Shown: positions 18,774-27,761 of the stretch, piece by piece | Position numbering within the stretch: position 1 is the first letter of the stretch | Layout: each line of letters opens with the position of its first letter | The notes under the pieces: model-generated | The model's input: only the letters and a program-made list of their open reading frames with translations | What the model was told of the DNA's origin: nothing | Databases searched by the model: none | Source: Bacteroidota bacterium | Lineage (GTDB): Bacteria; Bacteroidota; Ignavibacteria; UBA10030 | Length of the DNA: 64,000 nucleotides | Assembly (NCBI GenBank): GCA_050015675.1 | Contig: JBEKAY010000014.1 | Coordinates: forward strand, 5,604-69,603 | Reading direction: 5' to 3' | Program-made: the position numbers and the translations under genes

Positions 18774-21179
18774 GTGTTGAATCAATCTAAAGTTGAGGTA
18801 CTCAGTCTATTAACTAAAGTACTTAAAAGATCTATAGTTAATCCATTCTTTTCCTTTTCCGTAAATCAATGGTATAATAATCAAACTGAAATAATCTCTC
18901 AATTGAGATCATTCTTTAATGGAGATCAAATAATTATTATACGAAGTTCGGCCTCTGATGAAGATAATACAATCAATTCTTTAGCTGGTCATTATTGTAG
19001 TGTTCCTAACGTCCATTCTCAAGATACTTATCAGCTGTGTCATGCAATAGATAGAGTAATCAACTCCTATAAACAACCGAATAGGTCTTTAAAAGCTGAT
19101 GATATGCTAATTGCACAATTACAATTGTGCAATGTGACAAAAAGTGGTGTGATATTGACAAGGGAGTTTCAAAAAGGACTTCCATATTATGTCATTAATT
19201 TCGATGATCAAACATCCAAGACTAATATAGTCACGAGCGGAGGTGCTAGTAAGGCGTTATGGATTGCAAAATGGCAGAATATTCAAGAAATGCCAAATGA
19301 GTGGCAAAATATTATTCTAAGTATTCAGGAGATAGAAAATATATACCCTCATAGAGTTCTTGCTATCGAATTTGCATCAGATATAAATAATAATGTACAT
19401 ATATTCCAAGTGAGAGAAATTCATATTCGCAATCCCATCTCTTCTACAAATGAAACATCGATAGAGTATAAATGTCATGCTGAATTAATTTCTCAACTCA
19501 AGGATCAATTCTGTTTTTACGGTGATTGTAGCAGTGTCCTACCTGGTGATTATACGATCTTTTCTGATATGTCGGACTGGAATCCAGCAGAAATTATTGG
19601 AAGTAGACCGAATAATTTCGATTATTCGCTTTATAGATATCTCGTAACACAATCGGTATGGAATGAAGCTCGAGTATCTTTGAATTATATAGATGTATCT
19701 CCTTTTGAGTTAATGCAATTGATTGGAGATAAGCCATATATCGATACACGCGTATGTTTTAATTCGTTAACGCCAGCAAACCTTAATCAATCTCTAAGGC
19801 CTAGACTTATTAATTATTACCTTAATAAACTTCGTCGTTCTCCACAATTACAAGATAAAGTCGAATTTGAGGTTGTTTTTACTTGTTATGATTCTTCTTT
19901 TTCCTCTCGGGAAGATGACCTTCTGGAAAGTGGTTTTTCACATTCTGAAATACAAGAGTTAAAAAATAATCTTTTATGCTTCACAAATAATTTGTTGAAG
20001 AATACAGCTAACATCCTATCATCTGATTTTAGAAATATCAATAATTATGACAATTATTTAAATGGATTCATAGATAAACCAGCCCCACTTTCATATAAAC
20101 AACTGTTTCAAAAATCATTTGCTCTTTTAGAAAATTGCCGAAACGAAGGTGTGTATATATTCTCGAGAATTGCACGACTTGCGTTCGTTTATCAAGCCTT
20201 TTTAAGAGGATTTCAAAAAATTGATATTGTCGATCGTTCTTTTATAAATGCGATTATGAATTCGATAAATTCCATTACGACTGATTTCATGAATGATTTG
20301 ATTTTGTTAAATAGAGGTGATATTCAGGAAAAGGAATTTCAAAATAAATATGGTCATCTACGCCCTGGCATGTATAATATTATGGCTCAGCGTTATGACT
20401 ATGATTTGAATATATTTAAGAATAAGGATCTTTCGACATTAAAGATCAGAGAAAAGACGCCTTTGAAAATCACTACTGATATTTCATCGAGGATTGAACG
20501 TGCCTTATTGCATGAAAATATAAGCTGTAGTACAGATATGATGATTAGATATATTGAACAAACTATTCAATACCGCGAATATTCTAAATATATATTTTCA
20601 AAAGCTGTCTCAAGCGCAATTGAAACAATTGTATTAGCATTCGAGAAGTTAGATATCCCGCGTCAAGATGCTGCAATGTTGGATATTAGTATGATCAAAA
20701 ATATATTGAATTTAAAAAATATAGATAAAATAAATATTAGGAAGATGTTTTATGAAATGATTGATATGAACCGAAAAACAAAAAATGCATATGAACGCAT
20801 TGTTTTACCATCGGTAATCACTGATTCAAATGATTTATCGAATGTGCCCTTTTATGCTTCATCGCCAGTATTTGTTACTAATAATGTAGTTGAAGGAGAT
20901 GTGTTGCAATTGGATATAGGAATGATTAACTGTCATAATAAAATAGATGGGAAAATTGTATTGATTGAAAATGCAGATCCCGGATATGATTGGATATTTG
21001 CTCGAAATCCAAGAGCATTAGTAACTAAATATGGTGGTGTAGCTTCTCATATGGCAATCCGTTGTTATGAATTGTCTCTGCCAGCTATCATTGGTTGTGG
21101 CGATATGTATTTTGAAAGAATTAAAAATGCATTCAAAATTAAAATTGATGGTAATTCACATCAAATAATTACATTCTGA
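18774..21179 (+). CDS. PEP-utilising / pyruvate-phosphate-dikinase-like kinase (PPDK_N ATP-grasp plus phospho-His swivel domain)
   Basis: N-terminal IIIIRSSASDEDNTINSLAGHY (PPDK_N signature RSS..ED...S.AG). C-terminal mobile domain TKYGGVASHMAIRCYELSLPAIIGCG carrying the phospho-carrier His. Confidence 0.8.
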   Translation: MLNQSKVEVLSLLTKVLKRSIVNPFFSFSVNQWYNNQTEIISQLRSFFNGDQIIIIRSSASDEDNTINSLAGHYCSVPNVHSQDTYQLCHAIDRVINSYKQPNRSLKADDMLIAQLQLCNVTKSGVILTREFQKGLPYYVINFDDQTSKTNIVTSGGASKALWIAKWQNIQEMPNEWQNIILSIQEIENIYPHRVLAIEFASDINNNVHIFQVREIHIRNPISSTNETSIEYKCHAELISQLKDQFCFYGDCSSVLPGDYTIFSDMSDWNPAEIIGSRPNNFDYSLYRYLVTQSVWNEARVSLNYIDVSPFELMQLIGDKPYIDTRVCFNSLTPANLNQSLRPRLINYYLNKLRRSPQLQDKVEFEVVFTCYDSSFSSREDDLLESGFSHSEIQELKNNLLCFTNNLLKNTANILSSDFRNINNYDNYLNGFIDKPAPLSYKQLFQKSFALLENCRNEGVYIFSRIARLAFVYQAFLRGFQKIDIVDRSFINAIMNSINSITTDFMNDLILLNRGDIQEKEFQNKYGHLRPGMYNIMAQRYDYDLNIFKNKDLSTLKIREKTPLKITTDISSRIERALLHENISCSTDMMIRYIEQTIQYREYSKYIFSKAVSSAIETIVLAFEKLDIPRQDAAMLDISMIKNILNLKNIDKINIRKMFYEMIDMNRKTKNAYERIVLPSVITDSNDLSNVPFYASSPVFVTNNVVEGDVLQLDIGMINCHNKIDGKIVLIENADPGYDWIFARNPRALVTKYGGVASHMAIRCYELSLPAIIGCGDMYFERIKNAFKIKIDGNSHQIITF

Positions 21180-21226
21180 CAATGGTTGAATGTAATTTTT
21201 CATCATGACTTAAAAATTGGGCTAAA

Positions 21227-22012
21227 ATGAAAGCAATAATCTTAGCAGCTGGAGAAGGAACAAGACTTCATAAGTATACTAAAGGTATGCCAAAATGTAT
21301 GCTTAGTATAGGTGGTGTCTCGATAATAGAACGTCAAATAGACATTTTAAGAGATTTTGGAATAGATGACATTATTATTGTTAGAAATAAACATTTTAAT
21401 GAGTTAAATATCAAAGGTGTCCGATATTATATGAACAATATGCCCAACACCAATATGGTATATTCTCTTTTTTGCGCTGAAAAAGAGTTGGACACTGATC
21501 TTATTATCACTTATGGGGATATACTTTATGATAAGAGTGTAATAAAAAAGATTATGGATTCAAATTCATATGATATTTCTGTGGTCGTTGATATGACGTG
21601 GATTAAGTACTATACTGCACGTTTTACAGATCCATATGAAGATGCAGAAAGTTTAGTTTTAGAAAATGATGGACGAATATTAAACATTGGCGAATTCCAT
21701 CCTTCACCTGAACAGATCCAAGCTCAATATATTGGGGTGATTAAACTTTCTAAATCAGGGAGTGAATACTTTAATAGGTTTTATAATACTGCAAAAGAAA
21801 TATTTTGGAATAAACCATGGATAAGAAATAAATTGTTTCAACAGATATATATGACGGATTATTTGCAGGCAATTATTGACAATGGAATACCTATATATAG
21901 CATTCCAATCGAAGGAGGCTGGTTAGAATTCGATACTGAGAAGGATTACGAAAATGTGATAAAATGGCACGCAGATGGTACACTTAGAAATTATTGTTCA
22001 ATTGAATATTAA
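21227..22012 (+). CDS. Nucleotidyltransferase (NTP_transferase, LicC/cytidylyltransferase-like)
   Basis: MKAIILAAGEGTRL (G-x-G-T-R) N-terminal signature. Size ~260 aa. Confidence 0.85.
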   Translation: MKAIILAAGEGTRLHKYTKGMPKCMLSIGGVSIIERQIDILRDFGIDDIIIVRNKHFNELNIKGVRYYMNNMPNTNMVYSLFCAEKELDTDLIITYGDILYDKSVIKKIMDSNSYDISVVVDMTWIKYYTARFTDPYEDAESLVLENDGRILNIGEFHPSPEQIQAQYIGVIKLSKSGSEYFNRFYNTAKEIFWNKPWIRNKLFQQIYMTDYLQAIIDNGIPIYSIPIEGGWLEFDTEKDYENVIKWHADGTLRNYCSIEY

Positions 22013-22028
22013 TAATAAATAATAATTT

Positions 22029-22859
22029 ATGATTGCGTCAAAATATTCATTATATGATTCCTCTTTTGTTGAAGAGTTGTTTTTATATTCTGCAAAGATA
22101 ATTGAAGTTCTATACGCAAATAATAAGATAAGTGACGGACAAAGAATCGCTTTAGAATGGGCCGAAGAAATTTCTGATCGACTTGAATTGGAAAGAACTG
22201 ATAATTGGAAGTTTTTTAAAAGAAATTTATTATCTAAATGGTTTAATAAACCCGAAAGTAAAAGATTTTTACCAGGATGGGAATATGATGAAGTTCGACT
22301 TTATATCAACTCATTTAAGGGTAAAACGTTGCGTGTGTCAAAATTTCCAAACAATATCGCTTGTCATTCTGAAAGTATAATTTTATCAAATGATATTAAA
22401 AATAAGTGGCACGGAATTATTTCAGAGATAGACAATTCAATTCCAATCGAGATATTTCCTGAGTCATCTTCTAAGAAGAGCATATGTTTTAGAAGGTATT
22501 CAACTGCATTTAATGAAGAAGTTATTTATGAGGCGAGTCTAGGTCAAGCTACTTATGCATTTGAAAGTGCTAATGGGTCATATCCAATCGTTTCTGCAAC
22601 GAAGTCGAGAGAAAAATATTTATACAATAACAGAATTACTGGAAAGCATAAGAATAAATATTTTTTAACTATAAGGAAAAAATTACAGAAATTAATTGAT
22701 TTGTATGATTGGTCTCTCTCTACAAAATCATTTGGCATTTGTAGATCATTAGGGATGGATTGGATTGCAATTGAGGGCTATTATGAAGTTGATAAATCAA
22801 ACGATATGATTGTTGTAGATATAGATATTCCCTTCGATTTTATTTTTATGCTAAAATAA
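22029..22859 (+). CDS. Hypothetical protein, last gene of the + strand operon (possibly a degenerate ATP-grasp half)
   Basis: Long ORF beginning 16 nt after the previous stop. Weak resemblance of ICFRRYSTAFNEEVIYEASLGQ and IAIEGYYEVDKSNDMIVVDID to PPDK_N/ATP-grasp strands. No firm family call. Confidence 0.45.
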   Translation: MIASKYSLYDSSFVEELFLYSAKIIEVLYANNKISDGQRIALEWAEEISDRLELERTDNWKFFKRNLLSKWFNKPESKRFLPGWEYDEVRLYINSFKGKTLRVSKFPNNIACHSESIILSNDIKNKWHGIISEIDNSIPIEIFPESSSKKSICFRRYSTAFNEEVIYEASLGQATYAFESANGSYPIVSATKSREKYLYNNRITGKHKNKYFLTIRKKLQKLIDLYDWSLSTKSFGICRSLGMDWIAIEGYYEVDKSNDMIVVDIDIPFDFIFMLK

Positions 22860-23108
22860 TGGAAATATTTGTTAGTAGTGTTATAATAGTTTCGTTTTAA
22901 AAGGGGCAATAAAACAAACTAAGGTTTCAGTAATATCTCCAACAGAAATTCAACTTCTGTCTTATGACGGCAAAGAGTATGAACCAACAGATAACAAAAA
23001 ATTCAAGATAATAAATGAGAAAAGTATCTGCCTGCACCACGACTATTTGTGTCTAATAGATTTTAAATTGACCAAAATACATAAGCTTTTTGGGGAGAGA
23101 TCATTATT

Positions 23109-23891
23109 CTATAATGACACGGTCTTTTCTTCTCGGGATTTTGTATTAATGGTGAGAATAGTATGATTGGGGATCTCAATCCATATAATATCAGGAATGT
23201 CAAGCTTCTGGGAGCAAATGAACTTTGTTGTGCCAGATATATCTTTTCCTTGAAAAAGTGTATAGTATGTATCACACAGGATCTTGCGGTTAGCATCTAC
23301 ATCCCGATCATTTGCTTCTCGCATCGCAAAGAGTATATTGCCATCCGACATTAAAATATTTGCAGCACTGTATTTCATAGAGTGCAGTTTCCTAGCCCCT
23401 TCTTCAAATCCATCTGAGATCCCCTTATTTTTCTTTATTGTTTGTATAAACCAAAAAAACAACATTTCTGAATCGGTTTCTCCTCTGATGCTTGTAACAA
23501 ACTTTGGTTCAATAGGAAGATTCTCCTTGTGATTAAATATAGTGCCATTGTGGCAAAAAACGTAAGAATCAAAAACATATGGTTGGGTATTCTCCATGGC
23601 TTTTTTGCCACGAGATGCCTTCCGCACATGTCCTATTAGTAATGGTGTGTTCAGTTTTGCTAATTGGGAAATTGCAGAAACATATTTTGAACTTTCATAT
23701 GCTGCCGATGGTTCTTTTTCTAAAAATGTAATTTGATTGTCCCTATATGCAACTAAACCCCATCCATCTTTGTGACCAGGTAGAATCCCAGTCGGAACAT
23801 TCCCGATATTCGATAACATGCCGAATTTTTGTAGTGAGGCCTCAACGACTCTCTCATCTGTAATTCCGATAATTGCAAGCAATCTGCACAT
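23109..23891 (-). CDS. Class II (Ntn) glutamine amidotransferase-like amidohydrolase (YafJ/GATase_4-6 type)
   Basis: Starts MCRLLAIIG (Cys2 nucleophile after Met removal), with HKDGWG and HVRKAS..... motifs. Convergent with the 14016-22859 operon. Confidence 0.8.
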   Translation of the reverse strand: MCRLLAIIGITDERVVEASLQKFGMLSNIGNVPTGILPGHKDGWGLVAYRDNQITFLEKEPSAAYESSKYVSAISQLAKLNTPLLIGHVRKASRGKKAMENTQPYVFDSYVFCHNGTIFNHKENLPIEPKFVTSIRGETDSEMLFFWFIQTIKKNKGISDGFEEGARKLHSMKYSAANILMSDGNILFAMREANDRDVDANRKILCDTYYTLFQGKDISGTTKFICSQKLDIPDIIWIEIPNHTILTINTKSREEKTVSL

Positions 23892-24115
23892 AAAGATATC
23901 CTAGCATGGAAATAATCAAAAAATCCTTACACTATGAATGAAATTCCTCTTTTGTCCTTTATTTAAGATACATAGAAAGAGCATTAACCGAAACCCTATA
24001 AAAAACAGAAAGCTTAATTGTATTTATCAAGTTTGGTCACAAAATTTTATACTCACAGAATGATATTCAATCTGGCCTGTGTTCTATATGGAACCTTCCA
24101 TACCATTTAAGTGCC

Positions 24116-24186
24116 CCGTCTCCCCGACGGCAAATAGTTAGCCTCCCTATAGCTCTGGTGTCTGGTAGTGCGTCAGGGCTATTATT
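24116..24186 (+). repeat. Structured ~70-nt element, copy 2 (right bracket)
   Basis: Same two hairpins as copy 1. The two C-to-T differences inside the second stem (AGCTCTGGTG) keep pairing as G-U in a + strand RNA. Confidence 0.75.
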
Positions 24187-24372
24187 TTAACCTGATACAT
24201 CTCTATATAAAATTGATTTTACCCCTTCATTCGGTTACATTATTGGCACAACTCTTTACCATGCTAGATACACTTCGAGTAGAATTCAATAATTAGATGA
24301 GATTATTGGACGAAGTGTACGCTGGGAAAGATTTGTGATGAAGAAATTCTTTTTAGTGGGAGTTAACACATT

Positions 24373-27300
24373 ATGCCACGTATCTTCGATAATATAGAAC
24401 AATCACTTCTTCCTGCATTAAAGGAGACACTTGATCTTTCAGATCGTTCAGACTTCTGCGTTGGTTACTTCAATCTTAGAGGTTGGAAGCAGCTTGATTC
24501 GTGCATTGAAAATTGGTCAGGCGGTGAAGGTAATTGCTGTCGTTTATTGGTAGGTATGCAGCGATTGCCTGCTGAAGAATTACGTGACGCGCTCAGTTTA
24601 GTTAAACACGATGGAGAGATTGATAATCAAACCGCTCTCAAATTGAAGAAGAGATTAGCAGAAGAATTTCGAGAACAGCTTACCTACGGTGTCCCGACGA
24701 ATCAAGATGAAGAGGGACTGAGAAAACTTGCTCATCAAATTAAGTCTAAGAAGGTTGTGGTAAAACTTTTCCTTCGTCACCAACTCCATGCGAAGCTTTA
24801 CCTATGCTTTAGAACCGATCCCATCAATCCGATCATTGGATATCTTGGTAGTAGTAATTTGACACTTGCCGGACTTTCGCATCAAGGTGAATTGAATATT
24901 GATGTCCTCGACAATGATGCAGCTAAGAAATTGTCAAAATGGTTTGAGGACCGGTGGTCGGACAATCGTTGTATTGACATTTCGGATGAACTGGTTAAGA
25001 TTATAGAAGAAAGCTGGGCACGTGAAGAACTGATTCCTCCATATCACATCTATATCAAGATGGCATACCATCTTTCGCAGGAAGCACGTGCCGGGCTATC
25101 AGAATTTAAACTTCCGAAAGATTTTGGTAATAAGCTCTTTGAATTCCAGACAGCTGCTGTAAAGATCGCTGCACACCATCTCAACACGCGCGGCGGAGTG
25201 CTCATCGGTGATGTGGTCGGACTTGGCAAAACCCTCATGGCAACTGCTTTGGCACGAGTCTTTGAAGACGATCAAGACCTTGAAACACTTATTATTTGCC
25301 CTAAGAACCTTGTGAAGATGTGGGAAGATTATCGCGATAAATATCGTTTGAGAGCAAAGATACTTTCTCTTAGTCAGGTGACAAATGAGCTTGTAGACTT
25401 GCGTCGTTATCGTCTCATATTAATTGATGAAAGCCATAACCTTCGTAACCGAGAAGGAAGACGATATCGAGCAATTCAAGAATACATAAAACAGAACGAA
25501 TGCAAGTGCATACTTCTTTCAGCTACTCCGTACAACAAAACATATGAAGACCTTGGCAGTCAACTTCGGCTTTTCATTCCGGAAGATAAAGACCTTGGTA
25601 TCCGTCCCCAGGTTTATATCAGTTTGGATTTGAATGGAAGTGAAACGGAGTTTATCCGCAAACATCAATGTTCTGTTCGTTCCATAGCTGCATTTGAAAA
25701 GAGCCACCATGCAGACGATTGGCGTGAATTAATGCGTCTTTTTATGGTCAGAAGAACTCGAAGCTTTATCCAAGAGAACTATGCAGAGACCGATCCCATA
25801 GCAGGGAAAAAATATCTTGTGTTTGAAGACGGCACAAAATCATATTTCCCAATTCGCCATCCGAAGACTGTCAAATTCAAAATCAATGAAGGTGATCAGA
25901 ACGATCAATACGCAAAATTATATTCAGAAGATGTTGTTGCAATTATTGATGGACTGATTCTTCCTCGGTATGGATTAGGGAATTATGTAGTGCCATCTCC
26001 ACACGATCCGCCGACACAATCAGAGGTTCGCATTCTTGATGATCTCTCACGTGCTGGTAAACGTCTTATCGGTTATTGTCGAACGAACCTGTTCAAGCGA
26101 TTGGAGAGCAGCGGACAGGCATTCGTTCAATCGATTGAACGCCATATTCTCCGTAATTATATCTATGCGTACGCTATCGAAAACAATTTGCCGTTGCCCA
26201 TTGGTTCACAAGATGCAGGTATGCTCGATACAAGAATTACCGACGAGGATGCTGAAAAAGGCACAAAAAGTTTCTTTGAAGATGATGATGATAACAATGA
26301 GCAAACTGAAAAAATCCTCCGGACCGAAATGGATTTCAAGCAACGCGCAGAACAAGTTTATAGGGATTATGAGAAACAATTTAAAAGTCGATTTGATTGG
26401 ATTCGTCCGCACCTCTTTATTAATGTTCTTCAAAACGATCTCTTAAATGATGCTAAAAAGCTATTGAAGATTCTCGAGAAATGTTATCGGTGGGATCCCG
26501 AAAGAGATGCTAAATTAGATGAACTCTGTAAGCTCATTACAAAGAAGCATCCGAATGAAAAGGTTCTTGTCTTTACACAATTTGCGGACACAGTCAGATA
26601 TTTGGAAGAACAACTCCAAGCAAGAGGTATAAAAAAAGCAAAAGGTGTCACTGGTGATTCCAGCGATCCAACATTATTGGCTTGGAAATTCAGTCCGGTG
26701 AGCAACGATAAACAGAGCAAGTTTAAACCCGAAGATGAATTGCGTGTACTTGTTGCAACAGATGTTCTCAGTGAAGGTCAAAATCTTCAAGATGCACATA
26801 TCGTTGTCAATTATGATTTACCATGGGCGATCATTCGTCTCGTTCAACGTGCTGGTCGTGTGGATCGTATCGGACAGAAAGCAAGTGATATTAAATGCTA
26901 TTCATTCCTACCTGCCGAAGGAGTCGAACGTATTATCCGTCTTCGTGCGCGCGTTCGCCAGAGATTACAGGAGAACGCTGAAGTCGTAGGAACTGATGAA
27001 GAATTCTTTGAAGATGACAAAAACGAAGAGACAATTCGAGACCTGTTCACCGAAAAATCCGGTATTCTCGATGGAGATTCTGATGATGAAGTCGATCTCG
27101 CTTCTTACGCTTATCAGATATGGAAAAATGCAGTCACAGGTGACCCGGAACTCCAGAAAATTGTTCCTGATATGGCTCCAGTCGTCTATTCGACTAAGCA
27201 GTTCACAGTGAATGAACGACAACCGGATGGAGCACTGGTTTATATGCGAACCGCCGAAGGAAATGACGCTCTCGCGTGGGTTGATAAAAAGGGCGATAAT

Positions 27301-27750
27301 GTTACAACCTCACAGCTTGCCATTCTTAAAGCAGCCGAGTGTAAACCGGATGAACCTGCATTACCAAGAGCGGATAATCATCACCAGCTTGTTCAAAAAG
27401 CGGTTGAATTTATAGTTGAAGAAGAAAAGTCTATTGGAGGCTCTCTTGGCAGGCCTTCCGGTGCAAGGTTCAGAACATACGAACGCCTAAAGAATTATGC
27501 AGATGAAATCAAGGGAACGCTCTTTGACTCACTGGATTTGCGAAAAGCGATAGAAGATATACATCGTTTCCCACTACAGCAATCTGCCACCGATACGTTG
27601 AATCGTCAACTTCGAAGCGGCGTGTCGGATGATGCTCTAGCTCGCTTAGTGATTGCTTTGCGTGACGAAGGACGACTCTGTCTTTCAAGTGATGATGAAC
27701 AAACACACGAACCGCGAATTATTTGTTCCATGGGACTCTTGAAAAAATAA
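24373..27750 (+). CDS. PLD-family nuclease domain fused to SNF2-family helicase (DISARM DrmD-like / restriction subunit)
   Basis: HKD motif LHAKLYLC...GSSNLT. SNF2 motifs GDVVGLGKT, LILIDESHNLRN, LLSATPYNK, LVATDVLSEGQNLQDA and QRAGRVDRIGQ. Confidence 0.85.
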   Translation: MPRIFDNIEQSLLPALKETLDLSDRSDFCVGYFNLRGWKQLDSCIENWSGGEGNCCRLLVGMQRLPAEELRDALSLVKHDGEIDNQTALKLKKRLAEEFREQLTYGVPTNQDEEGLRKLAHQIKSKKVVVKLFLRHQLHAKLYLCFRTDPINPIIGYLGSSNLTLAGLSHQGELNIDVLDNDAAKKLSKWFEDRWSDNRCIDISDELVKIIEESWAREELIPPYHIYIKMAYHLSQEARAGLSEFKLPKDFGNKLFEFQTAAVKIAAHHLNTRGGVLIGDVVGLGKTLMATALARVFEDDQDLETLIICPKNLVKMWEDYRDKYRLRAKILSLSQVTNELVDLRRYRLILIDESHNLRNREGRRYRAIQEYIKQNECKCILLSATPYNKTYEDLGSQLRLFIPEDKDLGIRPQVYISLDLNGSETEFIRKHQCSVRSIAAFEKSHHADDWRELMRLFMVRRTRSFIQENYAETDPIAGKKYLVFEDGTKSYFPIRHPKTVKFKINEGDQNDQYAKLYSEDVVAIIDGLILPRYGLGNYVVPSPHDPPTQSEVRILDDLSRAGKRLIGYCRTNLFKRLESSGQAFVQSIERHILRNYIYAYAIENNLPLPIGSQDAGMLDTRITDEDAEKGTKSFFEDDDDNNEQTEKILRTEMDFKQRAEQVYRDYEKQFKSRFDWIRPHLFINVLQNDLLNDAKKLLKILEKCYRWDPERDAKLDELCKLITKKHPNEKVLVFTQFADTVRYLEEQLQARGIKKAKGVTGDSSDPTLLAWKFSPVSNDKQSKFKPEDELRVLVATDVLSEGQNLQDAHIVVNYDLPWAIIRLVQRAGRVDRIGQKASDIKCYSFLPAEGVERIIRLRARVRQRLQENAEVVGTDEEFFEDDKNEETIRDLFTEKSGILDGDSDDEVDLASYAYQIWKNAVTGDPELQKIVPDMAPVVYSTKQFTVNERQPDGALVYMRTAEGNDALAWVDKKGDNVTTSQLAILKAAECKPDEPALPRADNHHQLVQKAVEFIVEEEKSIGGSLGRPSGARFRTYERLKNYADEIKGTLFDSLDLRKAIEDIHRFPLQQSATDTLNRQLRSGVSDDALARLVIALRDEGRLCLSSDDEQTHEPRIICSMGLLKK

Positions 27751-27761
27751 TTATAAAAACT

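Noticed and set aside
8199-23891. FGE-like (EgtB-type) domains plus a class II GATase (EgtC-like) as an ergothioneine pathway
   Set aside because: No EgtD methyltransferase, EgtA or EgtE is present. The FGE domains lack the DinB-like N-domain context and are fused to unrelated modules.
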